Positions 25,219-35,491 are shown, counted from the stretch's first letter. The stretch is DNA of 39,100 nt from Candidatus Woesearchaeota archaeon (GCA_016185805.1 JACPMW010000009.1:1-39100); one strand, 5' to 3'. Notes: a model not told the origin generated them from the letters alone. Program-made: numbers and translations.

Positions 25219-26019
25219 CTATCTAAGATTATCAACATCTTTCTTGGAATGAATATGAATCTCCTTTTCAGAGCTCAAATGCCCGTTCAACAGCCCTTTT
25301 TCCGCCAGTTCAGGGAATACATCGCTTTCAAGGCTGTTCCCGGAATATTCAAAGATTTGCGGCTCTGTGACAAATATGGGGGAAAAGACAAGATAGATGT
25401 CCGACTTCCTGGGCTTTTGCGTGAATGTAAGCACTTTGTTGCCTTCAACCCTCACAGTCCCTTTCTCGCTTGGCTTTGATGATGTTGTCAGCATTATTGT
25501 AGCGACTGCATTCTGCTTTATGTGGTCGTTCCACAGCTCTTCAATATTTATCTTGTTAAAAACGATATCGCCGTACACGACAAGGAAATTCGTGCTTATT
25601 CTGCCTTTCAGCAGCCTTAGGGAGCCTGCAGTTCCATTCGAGGATTTCTCTTCAATGTAGCTTATTTTTATTCCATAGCCTGTCCCGTCCTTGAGCATCT
25701 CAAAAAGCCTTGTCAGTAATGCATGCCTTGCAACAATAAAAATAGTCTTGAAATTGTTCTCCCTCAGCTTCTTCAGAGCCAATTCTATGACAAAGCTGTT
25801 CCTTATTTTCGCAGTTGGCCTGTACTCATCCCTTCCAATCCTTATATGCCCCTCATCCCCTCCCAGAAGAATAACGGCAGATTTGTTTTCCCCCAGCGCG
25901 TTCTTTGCAAGGTGCTCTATTGCCTGCGACCTGTTCCTTATGTATATATTGTCGATTATGGAGTCTATGTCCTGCAGCGTCTTCTCGTTTATTGTTATGG
26001 AGATTTTACTTTTAGGCAT
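25219..26019 (-). CDS. ribbon-helix-helix (CopG-like) domain fused to a sugar-phosphate nucleotidyltransferase domain
   Basis: The N terminus KISITINEKTLQDIDSIIDN...IRNRSQAIEHLAKNAL shows an RHH pattern. Next come AVILLGGDEG...RP, then SNGTAGSL and VVYGDIV, which are nucleotidyltransferase (GlmU/RfbA-like) blocks. Length is 266 aa. Confidence 0.65.
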   Translation of the reverse strand: MPKSKISITINEKTLQDIDSIIDNIYIRNRSQAIEHLAKNALGENKSAVILLGGDEGHIRIGRDEYRPTAKIRNSFVIELALKKLRENNFKTIFIVARHALLTRLFEMLKDGTGYGIKISYIEEKSSNGTAGSLRLLKGRISTNFLVVYGDIVFNKINIEELWNDHIKQNAVATIMLTTSSKPSEKGTVRVEGNKVLTFTQKPRKSDIYLVFSPIFVTEPQIFEYSGNSLESDVFPELAEKGLLNGHLSSEKEIHIHSKKDVDNLR

Positions 26020-26165
26020 TTAATATCCTTGTGACGATTTTAATAATTCAATCTGTTCGCAGTGAGATGCGAGGTTCGCAATAAACTCGCTCACCAACTC
26101 ACTGCTCACATAATCTACTGCTCGGCTTTTGCTTCTCTGAGATGCATGCGAGAACGCTGGTAGCT

Positions 26166-26186
26166 GGCGAGTGAGGCTCACTCGCC
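26166..26186. promoter_or_regulatory. perfect 21-bp palindrome in the divergent RHH-NTase / ugd intergenic region (candidate operator)
   Basis: ggcgagtgag-g-ctcactcgcc has arms that are exact reverse complements. It is embedded in degenerate tandem repeats containing AACTCACTGCTC (26096-26107, 26191-26202) and gagatgc(at)gcgag (26064-73, 26139-52). Confidence 0.5.
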
Positions 26187-26377
26187 TCACAACTCACTGC
26201 TCGCGTTCAACTCAGTCGCTCAAGCCTCGCCTATCTATTTTACGTGCCATCGAATATGGTACAATTTTTGATGGAACTTTTTGCGAAAAAGTTTCTCGTC
26301 CTCAAGGGGCGAAACCCTTGGTAGGATTAAGTAGGATAATGGTAAGATATTTAAATAACTTTCCATCCCAAAAGCCT

Positions 26378-27676
26378 ATGAAAATAGCAGTTGCAGGCGC
26401 CGGCTATGTCGGCTTGGTCACGGCGGCGTGCTTTGCCGAGATTGGAAACAATGTGATTTGCGTTGACATAGACGAGTCTAAGATCAATCACCTCAATAAT
26501 GGAGTCATTCCTATCTACGAGCCCGGCTTGGACAAGCTGGTTGCTAAAAACAGGAAGGAAAATAGGCTGGAATTCTCGACAGATTTGAAAAGCTCAATAA
26601 AGCAGTCTGAAGTAATATTCATCTGCGTAGGCACCCCCCCAAAGGATAATGGAGAGGCGGACTTGAGCTATGTCGAGAATGTTGCAAGGATGATTGCAGA
26701 GGCCATGGACTCGTACAAGGTGATTGTCGAGAAAAGCACAGTGCCTGTCGAGACTGGAGAAAAAGTTGTAAAATCCATAAGGGCTTACAATATCCATAAG
26801 GTTGACTTTGATGTGGTGAGCAACCCTGAGTTTCTCAGGGAAGGCAGCGCTGTCAACGATTTCATGCATCCCGACAGGATTGTCATAGGCGCCGAAAGCG
26901 AAAAGGCAAGGGAAACAATGAAAGCATTGTACCAGCCTTTAAATGCCAAAATACTGTTCACAGACATAAAAAGCGCTGAAATCATAAAGCATGCATCAAA
27001 CTCATTCCTGGCAACAAAGATTTCTTTCATCAATGCAATAGCAAACATTTGCGAGCTGGCAGGGGCAGACGTTGAAAAAGTTGCGGAAGGCATGGGGCTT
27101 GACAAGAGAATCGGAAAGTCCTTCCTCAATGCGGGCATAGGCTACGGGGGATTTTGCTTTCCAAAGGATGCAGAAGCTTTCATAAAAATAGCGGAAAAGC
27201 TTGGCTATGACTTCAGGCTCCTAAAGGCAACGCAGGAAATAAATAATTTCCAGAGAAAGAATTTCGTGGAAAAGATAGAAAATGCATTATGGATTGTAAA
27301 GAACAAGACTATTGGAATCCTTGGCCTGGCGTTTAAGCCAAACACAGATGACATGAGATTTGCGCCGTCAATAGACATAATCAACGAGCTGCAGAGAGAG
27401 GGGGCAAAAATAAAGGCTTATGATCCTGAGGCGGCCGGAAAAGCGAAGAGCATACTCAATAATATAGAATATTGCACCAATCCCTATGATGCTGCAAAGG
27501 AAGCTGATGCATTGCTGATACTGACGGAATGGGACGAGTTCAAAACAGTTGATTTAAATAGGATAAAATCAGTCATGAAGCACCCATTGTTGATAGACGG
27601 CAGGAATATTTTTGACCCGGAAGATGTTAAAAGGCTGGGATTTTCCTATATAAGCATGGGGAGGAAGGACAACTGA
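26378..27676 (+). CDS. ugd: UDP-glucose 6-dehydrogenase
   Basis: I moved the start to the ATG at 26378 (MKIAVAGAGYVGLVTAACFAEIGNNV, a Rossmann GxGxxG) with a ttaaata TATA about 25 nt upstream. Further blocks are EKSTVPV, NPEFLREGSAV, GFGGxCFPKD (GYGGFCFPKD) and GLAFKPNTDDMR. Confidence 0.9.
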   Translation: MKIAVAGAGYVGLVTAACFAEIGNNVICVDIDESKINHLNNGVIPIYEPGLDKLVAKNRKENRLEFSTDLKSSIKQSEVIFICVGTPPKDNGEADLSYVENVARMIAEAMDSYKVIVEKSTVPVETGEKVVKSIRAYNIHKVDFDVVSNPEFLREGSAVNDFMHPDRIVIGAESEKARETMKALYQPLNAKILFTDIKSAEIIKHASNSFLATKISFINAIANICELAGADVEKVAEGMGLDKRIGKSFLNAGIGYGGFCFPKDAEAFIKIAEKLGYDFRLLKATQEINNFQRKNFVEKIENALWIVKNKTIGILGLAFKPNTDDMRFAPSIDIINELQREGAKIKAYDPEAAGKAKSILNNIEYCTNPYDAAKEADALLILTEWDEFKTVDLNRIKSVMKHPLLIDGRNIFDPEDVKRLGFSYISMGRKDN

Positions 27677-28410
27677 TGGAAGCGATAATACTTGCGGCAG
27701 GTTACGCTACCAGACTCTATCCCTTGACAGAGAATACCCCAAAGCCGCTCTTGAATGTGGCAGGCAAGCCAATCATGGAGCACATAATCAAAAAATTGGG
27801 CGCTATAAAAGAAATATCCAGAATATACATAGTTACCAACCACAAGTTTGAGCAGCATTTCAGGAAATGGCTCCAAAGCTTTGATGCGCAAAAGCCCATA
27901 GAGATAATAAATGACGGCACAAAAAGCAACGAGGACAGGCTTGGGGCATTGGGAGATGTCCACTATACAATAAATGCAAAAAAAATAAATGACGATGTCA
28001 TTGTTGTTGCAGGCGACAATCTTTTTGAGTTAAATCTGTCGGATGTTGCCAATTTTTTCAGGAAGCGAAAGTCAAATACCATCGTATTGCACGATGTAAA
28101 GGATTTTGAGCTTGCAAAGCAATATGGTATAGTGGAGATAGATGAGAATTTAAGAGTGGTGCATTTTGAAGAAAAGCCAATCGTGCCAAAATCAACTTTA
28201 GCCTCGACTGGAATTTACCTGTTCCCAAAAAAAACCATTGAGCTTATCAAAAAATACATATCGCAAGGCAACAACCCCGACAAGACAGGCAGCTTCATCG
28301 AATGGCTCCACAAAAGAGATGCAGTCCATTCCTATGTGACGGACAAAAAATGGTACGACATAGGCAGCTTTGAGCAGCTGGAGATGGCCAACAGGCATTA
28401 CAGGCAATGA
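27676..28410 (+). CDS. sugar-1-phosphate nucleotidyltransferase (RfbA/GalU-like short form)
   Basis: [26 protein letters not shown] is the G-x-G-T-R-L signature. GDNLF and the EKP block (VHFEEKP) are also present. The ATG overlaps the ugd stop (TGATG). Confidence 0.8.
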   Translation: MEAIILAAGYATRLYPLTENTPKPLLNVAGKPIMEHIIKKLGAIKEISRIYIVTNHKFEQHFRKWLQSFDAQKPIEIINDGTKSNEDRLGALGDVHYTINAKKINDDVIVVAGDNLFELNLSDVANFFRKRKSNTIVLHDVKDFELAKQYGIVEIDENLRVVHFEEKPIVPKSTLASTGIYLFPKKTIELIKKYISQGNNPDKTGSFIEWLHKRDAVHSYVTDKKWYDIGSFEQLEMANRHYRQ

Positions 28411-29336
28411 AAACGGTTTTAGTAACAGGCGGGGCCGGCTTTATAGGAAGCCATTTATGCGGATTCCTTCTTAGCAAAGGCTTTAAAGTAATTGCGATGG
28501 ACAATCTTGCGACAGGCGGCTTGAAAAATATAGAGCATTTGAGAAGCAACCAGAATTTCAGCTACATACATCACGATGTTAGCAAGCATATTGCTGTAAG
28601 CGAGGAATTGGATTTTGTGCTTCATTTTGCATCCCCCGCATCCCCAATTGACTATCAAAAAATACCAATCCAGACATTGAAGGTAGGCTCTCTTGGAACC
28701 CACAATACACTTGGATTGGCGCTTGCAAAAAAGGCAAAGTATTTGCTTGCTTCGACATCGGAAGTTTACGGCGACCCTCTTGTAAACCCGCAGCCTGAAA
28801 CTTATTGGGGGAATGTAAATTGTGTGGGAATTCGCGGATGCTACGATGAAGCAAAAAGATTTGCAGAGGCTTTGGCAATGGCTTATCACAGAATCCACAA
28901 GCTGGACACAAAGATAGTCAGGATATTCAACACTTATGGTCCTGGAATGAGGAAAGATGACGGCAGGGTTGTGCCGAATTTCATAACACAGGCACTGAAG
29001 AATGAGCCGATAACCGTTTATGGGGATGGGAAGCAGACAAGAAGCTTCTGCTATGTAAGCGACTTGATTGACGGGGTTTTCAGCCTGATGAGCTCAAGCT
29101 TGAACGAGCCTGTGAATATTGGCAATCCTGACGAGCATACAATTCTGGAATTTGCAGAGATAATAAAAGAACTGACAAAAAGCAAAAGCAAAATTATTTT
29201 CAAGCCATTGCCTGTTGACGACCCTCATATAAGGTGCCCTGACATCTCAAAAGCAATGAAAGAGCTTAAATGGAAGCCAAAGGTGGCATTGAAAGAAGGG
29301 TTGTCAAGCACAATTGAATGGTTCAGGAAAAATTAA
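28407..29336 (+). CDS. uxs: UDP-glucuronate decarboxylase (UDP-xylose synthase), SDR family
   Basis: [49 protein letters not shown] (YxxxK), RIFNTYGP and the overall 309-aa layout match UXS. A 4-nt overlap joins it to the upstream gene. Confidence 0.85.
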   Translation: MKTVLVTGGAGFIGSHLCGFLLSKGFKVIAMDNLATGGLKNIEHLRSNQNFSYIHHDVSKHIAVSEELDFVLHFASPASPIDYQKIPIQTLKVGSLGTHNTLGLALAKKAKYLLASTSEVYGDPLVNPQPETYWGNVNCVGIRGCYDEAKRFAEALAMAYHRIHKLDTKIVRIFNTYGPGMRKDDGRVVPNFITQALKNEPITVYGDGKQTRSFCYVSDLIDGVFSLMSSSLNEPVNIGNPDEHTILEFAEIIKELTKSKSKIIFKPLPVDDPHIRCPDISKAMKELKWKPKVALKEGLSSTIEWFRKN

Positions 29337-30736
29337 GCCTGCATCACCCTTAATCTCTTCATCATTACCCATATCTTGGTTGCAGTATTCATACCATGCT
29401 TCTGTATGCTGGGCATCTTCCACAGGCGAAATCCCAATGCGCCCAAGAATCTGCCAAAATGCCTTTTTAAGAACAACTGCATAATTTTTTCCTGCCCTAG
29501 CCTGTAAGCCTTTATCCTTTCCTCCCTGGTGAATTCGTCAGTCTCAAAAACAGGCTCTTCACCCCAATAGTTAAGGTCATTCAGGAATTCCTCTGGCTGG
29601 TAGAGAAACTTGCCATTCTGCTTGACCCATTCATACATTTCTGTGCCTGGGTAAGGAATCATGTTATAGAACCTTAGCTGGTCCACATTTAGCTCTTCAG
29701 CCACTTTCAAATCTTTCAGAAAGCCTTCAAAATTTTCTCCGGGATTGCCTATTATGAAATTGACTTGCACCTTTATTCCAAGGGCTTTTGTCTCTGCCAC
29801 TGATTTCTTGAGCTGCTCCAGCGTCAAATCCTTTTTCAGCAGTTCCAATGAATGCGGGTCAGAGCTCTCCAAGCTGTATGCAATCCACGAAGTCCCGGCC
29901 TTCTTAAGCTTCTTTAGCAGGGCTTCATTTACCCTGTCAGCCCTCAATCCATTTCCAAAAAGTACCTTTAGCTTCATCCCGCTGCCAATTATCAAGTCAC
30001 ATATCCTTTCTGCCCTGGGCATGTTAAAAGTAAAATTGTCGTCGCTAAACTCAAATGTGTCATATCCCTTATTATGCCAGTATTTGAGCTCTTCCAGAAC
30101 ATTCTCAGGGCTTCTGGTCCTGAACGGATGCCCCATTACAAGCTGTATCGAGCAGAATGTGCACCTGTTTGGGCAGCCTCTTGATGAGATTATGGGTATT
30201 CTTTTTTCGAGCATCCTGTTAAGCTCAAACAGCTCATAATCAGGGAAAGGCAGCTTGTCAATATCCTGCTCCAATGGATAAGGGGGGTTCATGATTATTT
30301 CATCATCGTCTCTGTAAATAAGCCCTTTTATCTGGCTTATTGCATTGCCGTTTGCCAGCTCCAAAAATGTGCGCTCGCCCTCCCCATAAACAACATAGTC
30401 TATTTTTGTGTCCTCAAGTATCTTTGAATGGACAGTCGATGCATAAGAGCCCCCGATGGCTATCGGTATTTTTGGGTGCTTGGCTTTTATCGTGTCAATT
30501 ATTTCATAGGCCATTTTATAGCCTATAGACGCGGTGGTCATGCCAATCATATCAGGCTTAAATTCCTCGATTTTGCTGAACAAGTATTTGTTGGATGCGT
30601 GCATTCTCATGTCCACTAGCCCAGTCTCATGGCCGTCTCTCTTCAGGATAGCCGATAAGTAAGCAATCCCTGCATGTGGTATGGTTGCAGCTACATATCT
30701 TCCAATATTTGGCGGAACAATCAAAAGCACTCTCAT
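29333..30736 (-). CDS. B12-binding-domain radical SAM enzyme
   Basis: I prefer the start at M28 (MRVLLIVPP...) because a tttaaatat TATA lies about 25-35 nt upstream. The N-terminal cobalamin-binding-like Rossmann region reads [19 protein letters not shown]...MIGMTT. The radical SAM cluster motif is [13 protein letters not shown] (CxxxCxxC). Confidence 0.8.
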   Translation of the reverse strand: MRVLLIVPPNIGRYVAATIPHAGIAYLSAILKRDGHETGLVDMRMHASNKYLFSKIEEFKPDMIGMTTASIGYKMAYEIIDTIKAKHPKIPIAIGGSYASTVHSKILEDTKIDYVVYGEGERTFLELANGNAISQIKGLIYRDDDEIIMNPPYPLEQDIDKLPFPDYELFELNRMLEKRIPIISSRGCPNRCTFCSIQLVMGHPFRTRSPENVLEELKYWHNKGYDTFEFSDDNFTFNMPRAERICDLIIGSGMKLKVLFGNGLRADRVNEALLKKLKKAGTSWIAYSLESSDPHSLELLKKDLTLEQLKKSVAETKALGIKVQVNFIIGNPGENFEGFLKDLKVAEELNVDQLRFYNMIPYPGTEMYEWVKQNGKFLYQPEEFLNDLNYWGEEPVFETDEFTREERIKAYRLGQEKIMQLFLKRHFGRFLGALGFRLWKMPSIQKHGMNTATKIWVMMKRLRVMQA

Positions 30737-30903
30737 TATACCGAATATTTCGCTAAGAGCATATTTAAATGTTTTGGAAATCTGTGAGTGCACGCGAGAA
30801 TGCGTGCTCGCATCCATTTATGCGTTTGTAGCGTCTTTGAATCATTTGTCTTTAATAAGTTCTATTGGGCAAAAGTTATTTATAAAAAGAATTTTTTCCT
30901 GAA

Positions 30904-31692
30904 ATGATGGGGCAATTAAGCAAGGAAGAATGGCTCAGAAAAAGGCTAAGGGGCAATTTTCTGATACTGGACAAGAACGAGTTTCCAAAATTCACCAATA
31001 GCAGTTATGACTCTTCCTTGTTCGGGATAATCAATGGCGCATATGCAATCAATAACAGGCTGGATGATTTTCTCAAGATTATTGGGCAATCTGTTGTTTT
31101 TGACGAAAGGGCTGGCAACTACAGGATGGACGCTTCAAACATGGAAAAAAATAAAAAATTATTGCTGAAGGACAAGATATTATCCGGCTTGAATATTTTT
31201 GAGCTCAATCCAAGAGGCACAAATCACTTGGATTTCCTCGAGCAGTTAGGCGCGGCAATTCCGGAAAACGTCAAAAAAAACCAAATTCCAATATCCGGTG
31301 AAAAGGCAATAAACCTAAAGAACTGGAGCAGCAGCATTAATGGGAGATATGACATCACTTTCAGCAACGAGCTTATGGACGAAAACTCAGGGATTAAATA
31401 CGGGAATCACTCGGCTGTTTATTCGGCATTTGAGCTTTACTCCATGTTTGCCAACATAACAAGGAAGAGTGGCTTTAGCATACACTCGAATGGGAGCGCG
31501 ATAAGCAGCCTTTATGAGACATATTTCCAGTTTATAGGTTTCAAGGTGATTGAGTACTTCAGGAATTCGGATGGCAGTTTCAGATTCACCATGATTATGG
31601 AGAAGCTGAATGACAAGCAAACAAGCTTCGATGAATTTTTGTACATTTACACTGAGCTTAAAAAGAGATGGCCCACAAGATACGGGAATTAA
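30904..31692 (+). CDS. hypothetical protein (weak Rossmann/methyltransferase-like pattern)
   Basis: Length is 262 aa. The only hints are LNIFELNPRG (motif-I-like) and YDITFSNELMDE (motif-IV-like). This is not enough for assignment. Confidence 0.4.
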   Translation: MMGQLSKEEWLRKRLRGNFLILDKNEFPKFTNSSYDSSLFGIINGAYAINNRLDDFLKIIGQSVVFDERAGNYRMDASNMEKNKKLLLKDKILSGLNIFELNPRGTNHLDFLEQLGAAIPENVKKNQIPISGEKAINLKNWSSSINGRYDITFSNELMDENSGIKYGNHSAVYSAFELYSMFANITRKSGFSIHSNGSAISSLYETYFQFIGFKVIEYFRNSDGSFRFTMIMEKLNDKQTSFDEFLYIYTELKKRWPTRYGN

Positions 31693-32807
31693 CTCCTTAA
31701 ATTCCTCATCATGCCGAACACGGCATTATTTATCCCATGCCTGTTTCTGTAGCCGAAATCAAAAAAAGCCGCAAAATCCGAATGCTTCAGGCTTGCGGCA
31801 AGCTCTGCCTGGGCGTTAAAGATAGCAGCCCTTTTTTCAGCTATTTTCTTGTAGCCAAGCTCATATTTTATGTCTGTTTTTAAATGGGCTTTTATGTAGT
31901 CGCTTATCTTCCCCTCATTTTTTGAGTACTCAATCTGCTGGGGAGCAAGCTCTATGGGCAATACAGAGCAAAAATCCTTTCTGCTTTCAGGATAGCCCTT
32001 CATGCCTTTCAGCGCATTTTCCGGGCTCCAGTTTTTCACAAATAAAGCGCCGTTTTTTTTGTCATTGTACTCTGCGCAGTTGCCGGATTTTATATTGACA
32101 AAATCATTCTTCACCAAAAAATCTCTGAATCTGCTTATCAAGTCCATAGTTATGTCAGTCGCGTCATTTACGCATGATATTAAAGATTCAAAATCACTCT
32201 CCCTGAGCCAATTTTTTCTCAAAAAGGAGATTTTTTTTAACTCGTCATTCCATTCGCTTTTTCCTTTTGTCAGCATCTCTAATGCCATTATGCTGTATTT
32301 CAGCGAATTTAGCCTTAACAGGGTGTCTCTGACATTAATGCTTCTCTTTAAAGACTGCTCAAGAAAATCTCTGGGATAATGCCTTATTATTATGTCGTTA
32401 AGCAGGGCCATATTTGAAAAGTAAAAGCATTTTGAAGAGATATCTTTTATCTTTACATCCTTTCCATAAATAAGCTTGAAGGTTGCTTCAGGATAAACGT
32501 ACCTTATATCCTTGAAAGAGGGTTCGTCTATATAGAAAAAAGGGTGCCTTGCTGTATACCTGCGCTCACGGTTAAGCATGTAAAAGCCCCTTTTGAAAAG
32601 AGGCATGGAAGAGGCTTTTTTTTCTTTAAATACAAAAATAAGGTCCATATCAGAAATTCCCGGATCTGAAACATCCCCCCACTCATAAATTGACACAAGG
32701 CCTTTTATCTTGCAGTATCTGTCAACCAAGTATCCAGCCAATTCTTCATAATCCTCTAAGACGCGCCTTTTTGGCAGGTTGTAAAATTTATATTTCAGTT
32801 TTGACAT
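31689..32807 (-). CDS. Pol-beta-superfamily nucleotidyltransferase-fold protein (paralog A)
   Basis: VSIYEWGDVSDPGISDMDLIFVF gives the G-(S/D)...D-x-D NTase signature. A helical C-terminal domain follows. Length is 372 aa. Confidence 0.55.
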   Translation of the reverse strand: MSKLKYKFYNLPKRRVLEDYEELAGYLVDRYCKIKGLVSIYEWGDVSDPGISDMDLIFVFKEKKASSMPLFKRGFYMLNRERRYTARHPFFYIDEPSFKDIRYVYPEATFKLIYGKDVKIKDISSKCFYFSNMALLNDIIIRHYPRDFLEQSLKRSINVRDTLLRLNSLKYSIMALEMLTKGKSEWNDELKKISFLRKNWLRESDFESLISCVNDATDITMDLISRFRDFLVKNDFVNIKSGNCAEYNDKKNGALFVKNWSPENALKGMKGYPESRKDFCSVLPIELAPQQIEYSKNEGKISDYIKAHLKTDIKYELGYKKIAEKRAAIFNAQAELAASLKHSDFAAFFDFGYRNRHGINNAVFGMMRNLRS

Positions 32808-34074
32808 TTTGTTTTATCCTGAGCCAAGCCTCTTCGGAAAGGTCGAACATGCCGCTAACCAAATTTTTAATGCTGATGTCTGTTTTTCTGAATAATCCCA
32901 TGATTTTTGAGTTCAGCTGGTAAGCAAGCAGCGGGTTTACTCTCGATGCAAAATCCAGGAAAGGCACTTTTCCAAATCCCCCCCAGTTCCTCCTTATAGC
33001 GCTTGCTTCATCAATCACTTTCCAGTTTCTCCTTAAATCTTTTCGTGCAATGCCGAATGAGAATTTTTTGTAGACAAATATGTTTTTTGCATTGAGGTAT
33101 ATGGTTGGGAATAACGTGATGCAGTGCAGCAGGTTTTTGGCCTCATAGCTTCCCATATTGTGCCTCTTTTCAATTTTCAGTTTCCTGAAGTAGTTGACAA
33201 ACCAGAATAATTTGGCAAGGGCCTCCTGCGAGTGCCCCCTTAATTTGACATCCATTACTTCATCCCTAAAAAAGGATTTTGCATACTTGAATATTTCAAC
33301 CGGAAAATACACATTGCAATAATTCTGCAAATCATGCTCGCTGATAACAATGCTTCCATGGTGCTGCAATGGATCCATCCTGCAAAGAAAATGCCTCATG
33401 TAAAACATCCCCTTCCTCAATTCCAGCAGTTTTTTCGGCTCATCTATCGTTTCCTTGGAGACAATTGCCAGCGTGTCAGCATCGCTCCATCCTTTTATGT
33501 AGTCCCTTGTTGCAAAGCTTCCATGAAGGTAAAACCCTGCAAGATATTGCCTCAAATTTCTGCCTGCATAGCCCTTCAGCTCAAATAACGGCCTCAAATA
33601 TTCCAAATCGTTTTTTTTGTAGCCTTTAGCGCCAAATTCCATGCATTTTGGCTTTTTTAAATGCTTTGCATTTTTGCTTTTGACAGATGAAAAATCCCTG
33701 TAGAGGGATGATAAAATGGCTGCAAAACCAATACTTTTTTTTGCATCATTATCATGCATTTTGGCTGAATTGGAGAAATCATAGCCATTGTCATTCAGGA
33801 AAGCGGCAATTTCCCTTAATTTGTTTATCCTTTTGATGTTGCTTTTTGAAATATCCGCGGCAAAAGGAAAAAGAAAGTAGCCTTTGTATGAAAATCCCCC
33901 ATTGACGAATGAGTGCAACAGATCATTAAGCTCGTTTTGCAAAAACCTTAATAAATAATCAGAACCTATTTGGCTCAGATTCTGCCCGATATACTTATCT
34001 GGCAGGATGTGCTTAATCAGGCGCTCTTCACCTTCCAGGATATAGAAATCACCTATCCTGCTGTAGCCTTTCAT
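32788..34074 (-). CDS. Pol-beta-superfamily nucleotidyltransferase-fold protein (paralog B, with ~180-aa N-terminal extension)
   Basis: FYLHGSFATRDYIKGWSDADTLAIV gives the hGS...D-x-D signature. The downstream block MDPLQHHGSIVISEHDLQNYCNVYFPVEIFKY parallels RHPFFYIDEPSFKDIRYVYPEATFKL of paralog A. It overlaps paralog A by 20 nt and the flippase gene by 26 nt. Confidence 0.55.
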   Translation of the reverse strand: MKGYSRIGDFYILEGEERLIKHILPDKYIGQNLSQIGSDYLLRFLQNELNDLLHSFVNGGFSYKGYFLFPFAADISKSNIKRINKLREIAAFLNDNGYDFSNSAKMHDNDAKKSIGFAAILSSLYRDFSSVKSKNAKHLKKPKCMEFGAKGYKKNDLEYLRPLFELKGYAGRNLRQYLAGFYLHGSFATRDYIKGWSDADTLAIVSKETIDEPKKLLELRKGMFYMRHFLCRMDPLQHHGSIVISEHDLQNYCNVYFPVEIFKYAKSFFRDEVMDVKLRGHSQEALAKLFWFVNYFRKLKIEKRHNMGSYEAKNLLHCITLFPTIYLNAKNIFVYKKFSFGIARKDLRRNWKVIDEASAIRRNWGGFGKVPFLDFASRVNPLLAYQLNSKIMGLFRKTDISIKNLVSGMFDLSEEAWLRIKQNVKTEI

Positions 34075-35491
34075 TTTGGAAAATTGTCCTCATTATTTTT
34101 TTATCGTCTTCGTCAACCGCCCTTAAAAAATACAAGGCTGCAAAATAAGCAAGCGCAGAAACCAGTATTGTCAGAATCAGCCCAAAGCCGGCAAATTTTA
34201 TGACCAAAAGCATGGCAACCGTAGCAATCAGCGGCTTGGCAAGAATTCTGCCGAAGTTGTAAAAATACAGGCCTTTGGAGACATACAGGTAATACAAAAT
34301 AAACAAAAATATCTCTGTTGCAAAAGTTGCCCACGCAGCCCCTACATATCCGATTTTCGGTATCAGCATAAAATTCAGCAGCACATTAAAGCCTGCTGTC
34401 AGCCCCTGCCCAAGCATCCTTTTATCCTGCCTGTCAATTGACGAAAGCGTTGTCCCAAGAAGAAAATTAAGGAACTTGATGAACATGTACCATGATATTA
34501 TCTGCAGCGCTATTGCAGAGGATGCATATTCATTTCCATAGAAAAATTGCATGATCCTGCCGGCCAGAAAATAAGAGCCGACAGATATCGGCAGGCCTAT
34601 GATGTAGAGATACTTGAACGATTTCTCGTACAATATGCCGAGCTTTTCTTTTGATGATTTGTAGTATCTTGAAAGCACGGGGTAGATTGCATTTGTGTAC
34701 ACAGTCGGAATGAATAAGAGCGCAAGGGCAAGATTGTAGGCAGCGCTATAGATAGCAACTTCCTCATTTCCCCTCATCTTTGAGAGCATGACGCTTCCAA
34801 TGTAGAAGTATATGCTGCCGAAAACAAAAGCCAGCCCGAACGGCAGCGCGCTCTTCAGCATTGATTTTGCAAACTTAAAGTTAAAAAAAGGATTTATTGC
34901 TATAAATTTTTTGAGTGCGATCAGGAATGCGGCTAAAACAACCACAAGCTCAACAAGCACAAAAGTATAGCTGAATGCAACAATGCCATAGCCGCTGAAC
35001 AAGACGTAGAGGCCTGCAGCAGTCAGCAAAGCCATCCTGAATATCTTCAGGAAAGCGTCATATTGCATCATTTCAAATGCCCTGAAAATGGAATAGAAAA
35101 GCTCAGTGAATGTGGACAGTATTGCAAAAATCCAGATTATATAGACGATCTGCCTTGTGTCCATGGGATAATTGAGGGCATTCAATGCAGCCGCAATCAA
35201 AAAGTAAGTGATGAAAGCCAAGGCAATTTTGACAAAAAATGCATTCATGAAATATTTGCCCGCAAGCCTCCTGTCCCTTGAGATTTCCCTGATCAAGAAG
35301 GAATTAATCCCCAGGTCTGCAAACACTATGGCAATCAAAGACAACGACAATGCGAAATTGAACTTTCCAAAATCTCCCTTGCTTAAAAGCCTTGCAGCAT
35401 AAAGCATCACAACAAACTGCAGCAGCTTGGAAACTATTTCAGCTGCCCCCAAATAAATGGTATTTTTGTATATTCTTCTGCCTGTCCCCAT
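34049..35491 (-). CDS. wzx: Wzx-type oligosaccharide flippase (MOP superfamily polysaccharide biosynthesis protein)
   Basis: Length is 480 aa with about 12-14 hydrophobic helices. The N terminus IYKNTIYLGAAEIVSKLLQFVVMLYAARLLSKGDFGKF is typical of the Wzx/RfbX family. Confidence 0.8.
   Translation of the reverse strand: MGTGRRIYKNTIYLGAAEIVSKLLQFVVMLYAARLLSKGDFGKFNFALSLSLIAIVFADLGINSFLIREISRDRRLAGKYFMNAFFVKIALAFITYFLIAAALNALNYPMDTRQIVYIIWIFAILSTFTELFYSIFRAFEMMQYDAFLKIFRMALLTAAGLYVLFSGYGIVAFSYTFVLVELVVVLAAFLIALKKFIAINPFFNFKFAKSMLKSALPFGLAFVFGSIYFYIGSVMLSKMRGNEEVAIYSAAYNLALALLFIPTVYTNAIYPVLSRYYKSSKEKLGILYEKSFKYLYIIGLPISVGSYFLAGRIMQFFYGNEYASSAIALQIISWYMFIKFLNFLLGTTLSSIDRQDKRMLGQGLTAGFNVLLNFMLIPKIGYVGAAWATFATEIFLFILYYLYVSKGLYFYNFGRILAKPLIATVAMLLVIKFAGFGLILTILVSALAYFAALYFLRAVDEDDKKIMRTIFQNERLQQDR

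Noticed and set aside
26171-26377. 69-codon N-terminal extension of ugd from the ORF track
   Set aside because: The extension covers the tandem-repeat/palindrome region and translates to Ser/Thr/Arg-rich junk. The Rossmann GxGxxG starts right after the ATG at 26378, which has a TATA box upstream.
30737-30817. 27-codon N-terminal extension of the radical SAM ORF
   Set aside because: A TATA-like tttaaatat lies inside the extension. MRVLLIVPP is the typical start of B12-binding rSAM proteins.
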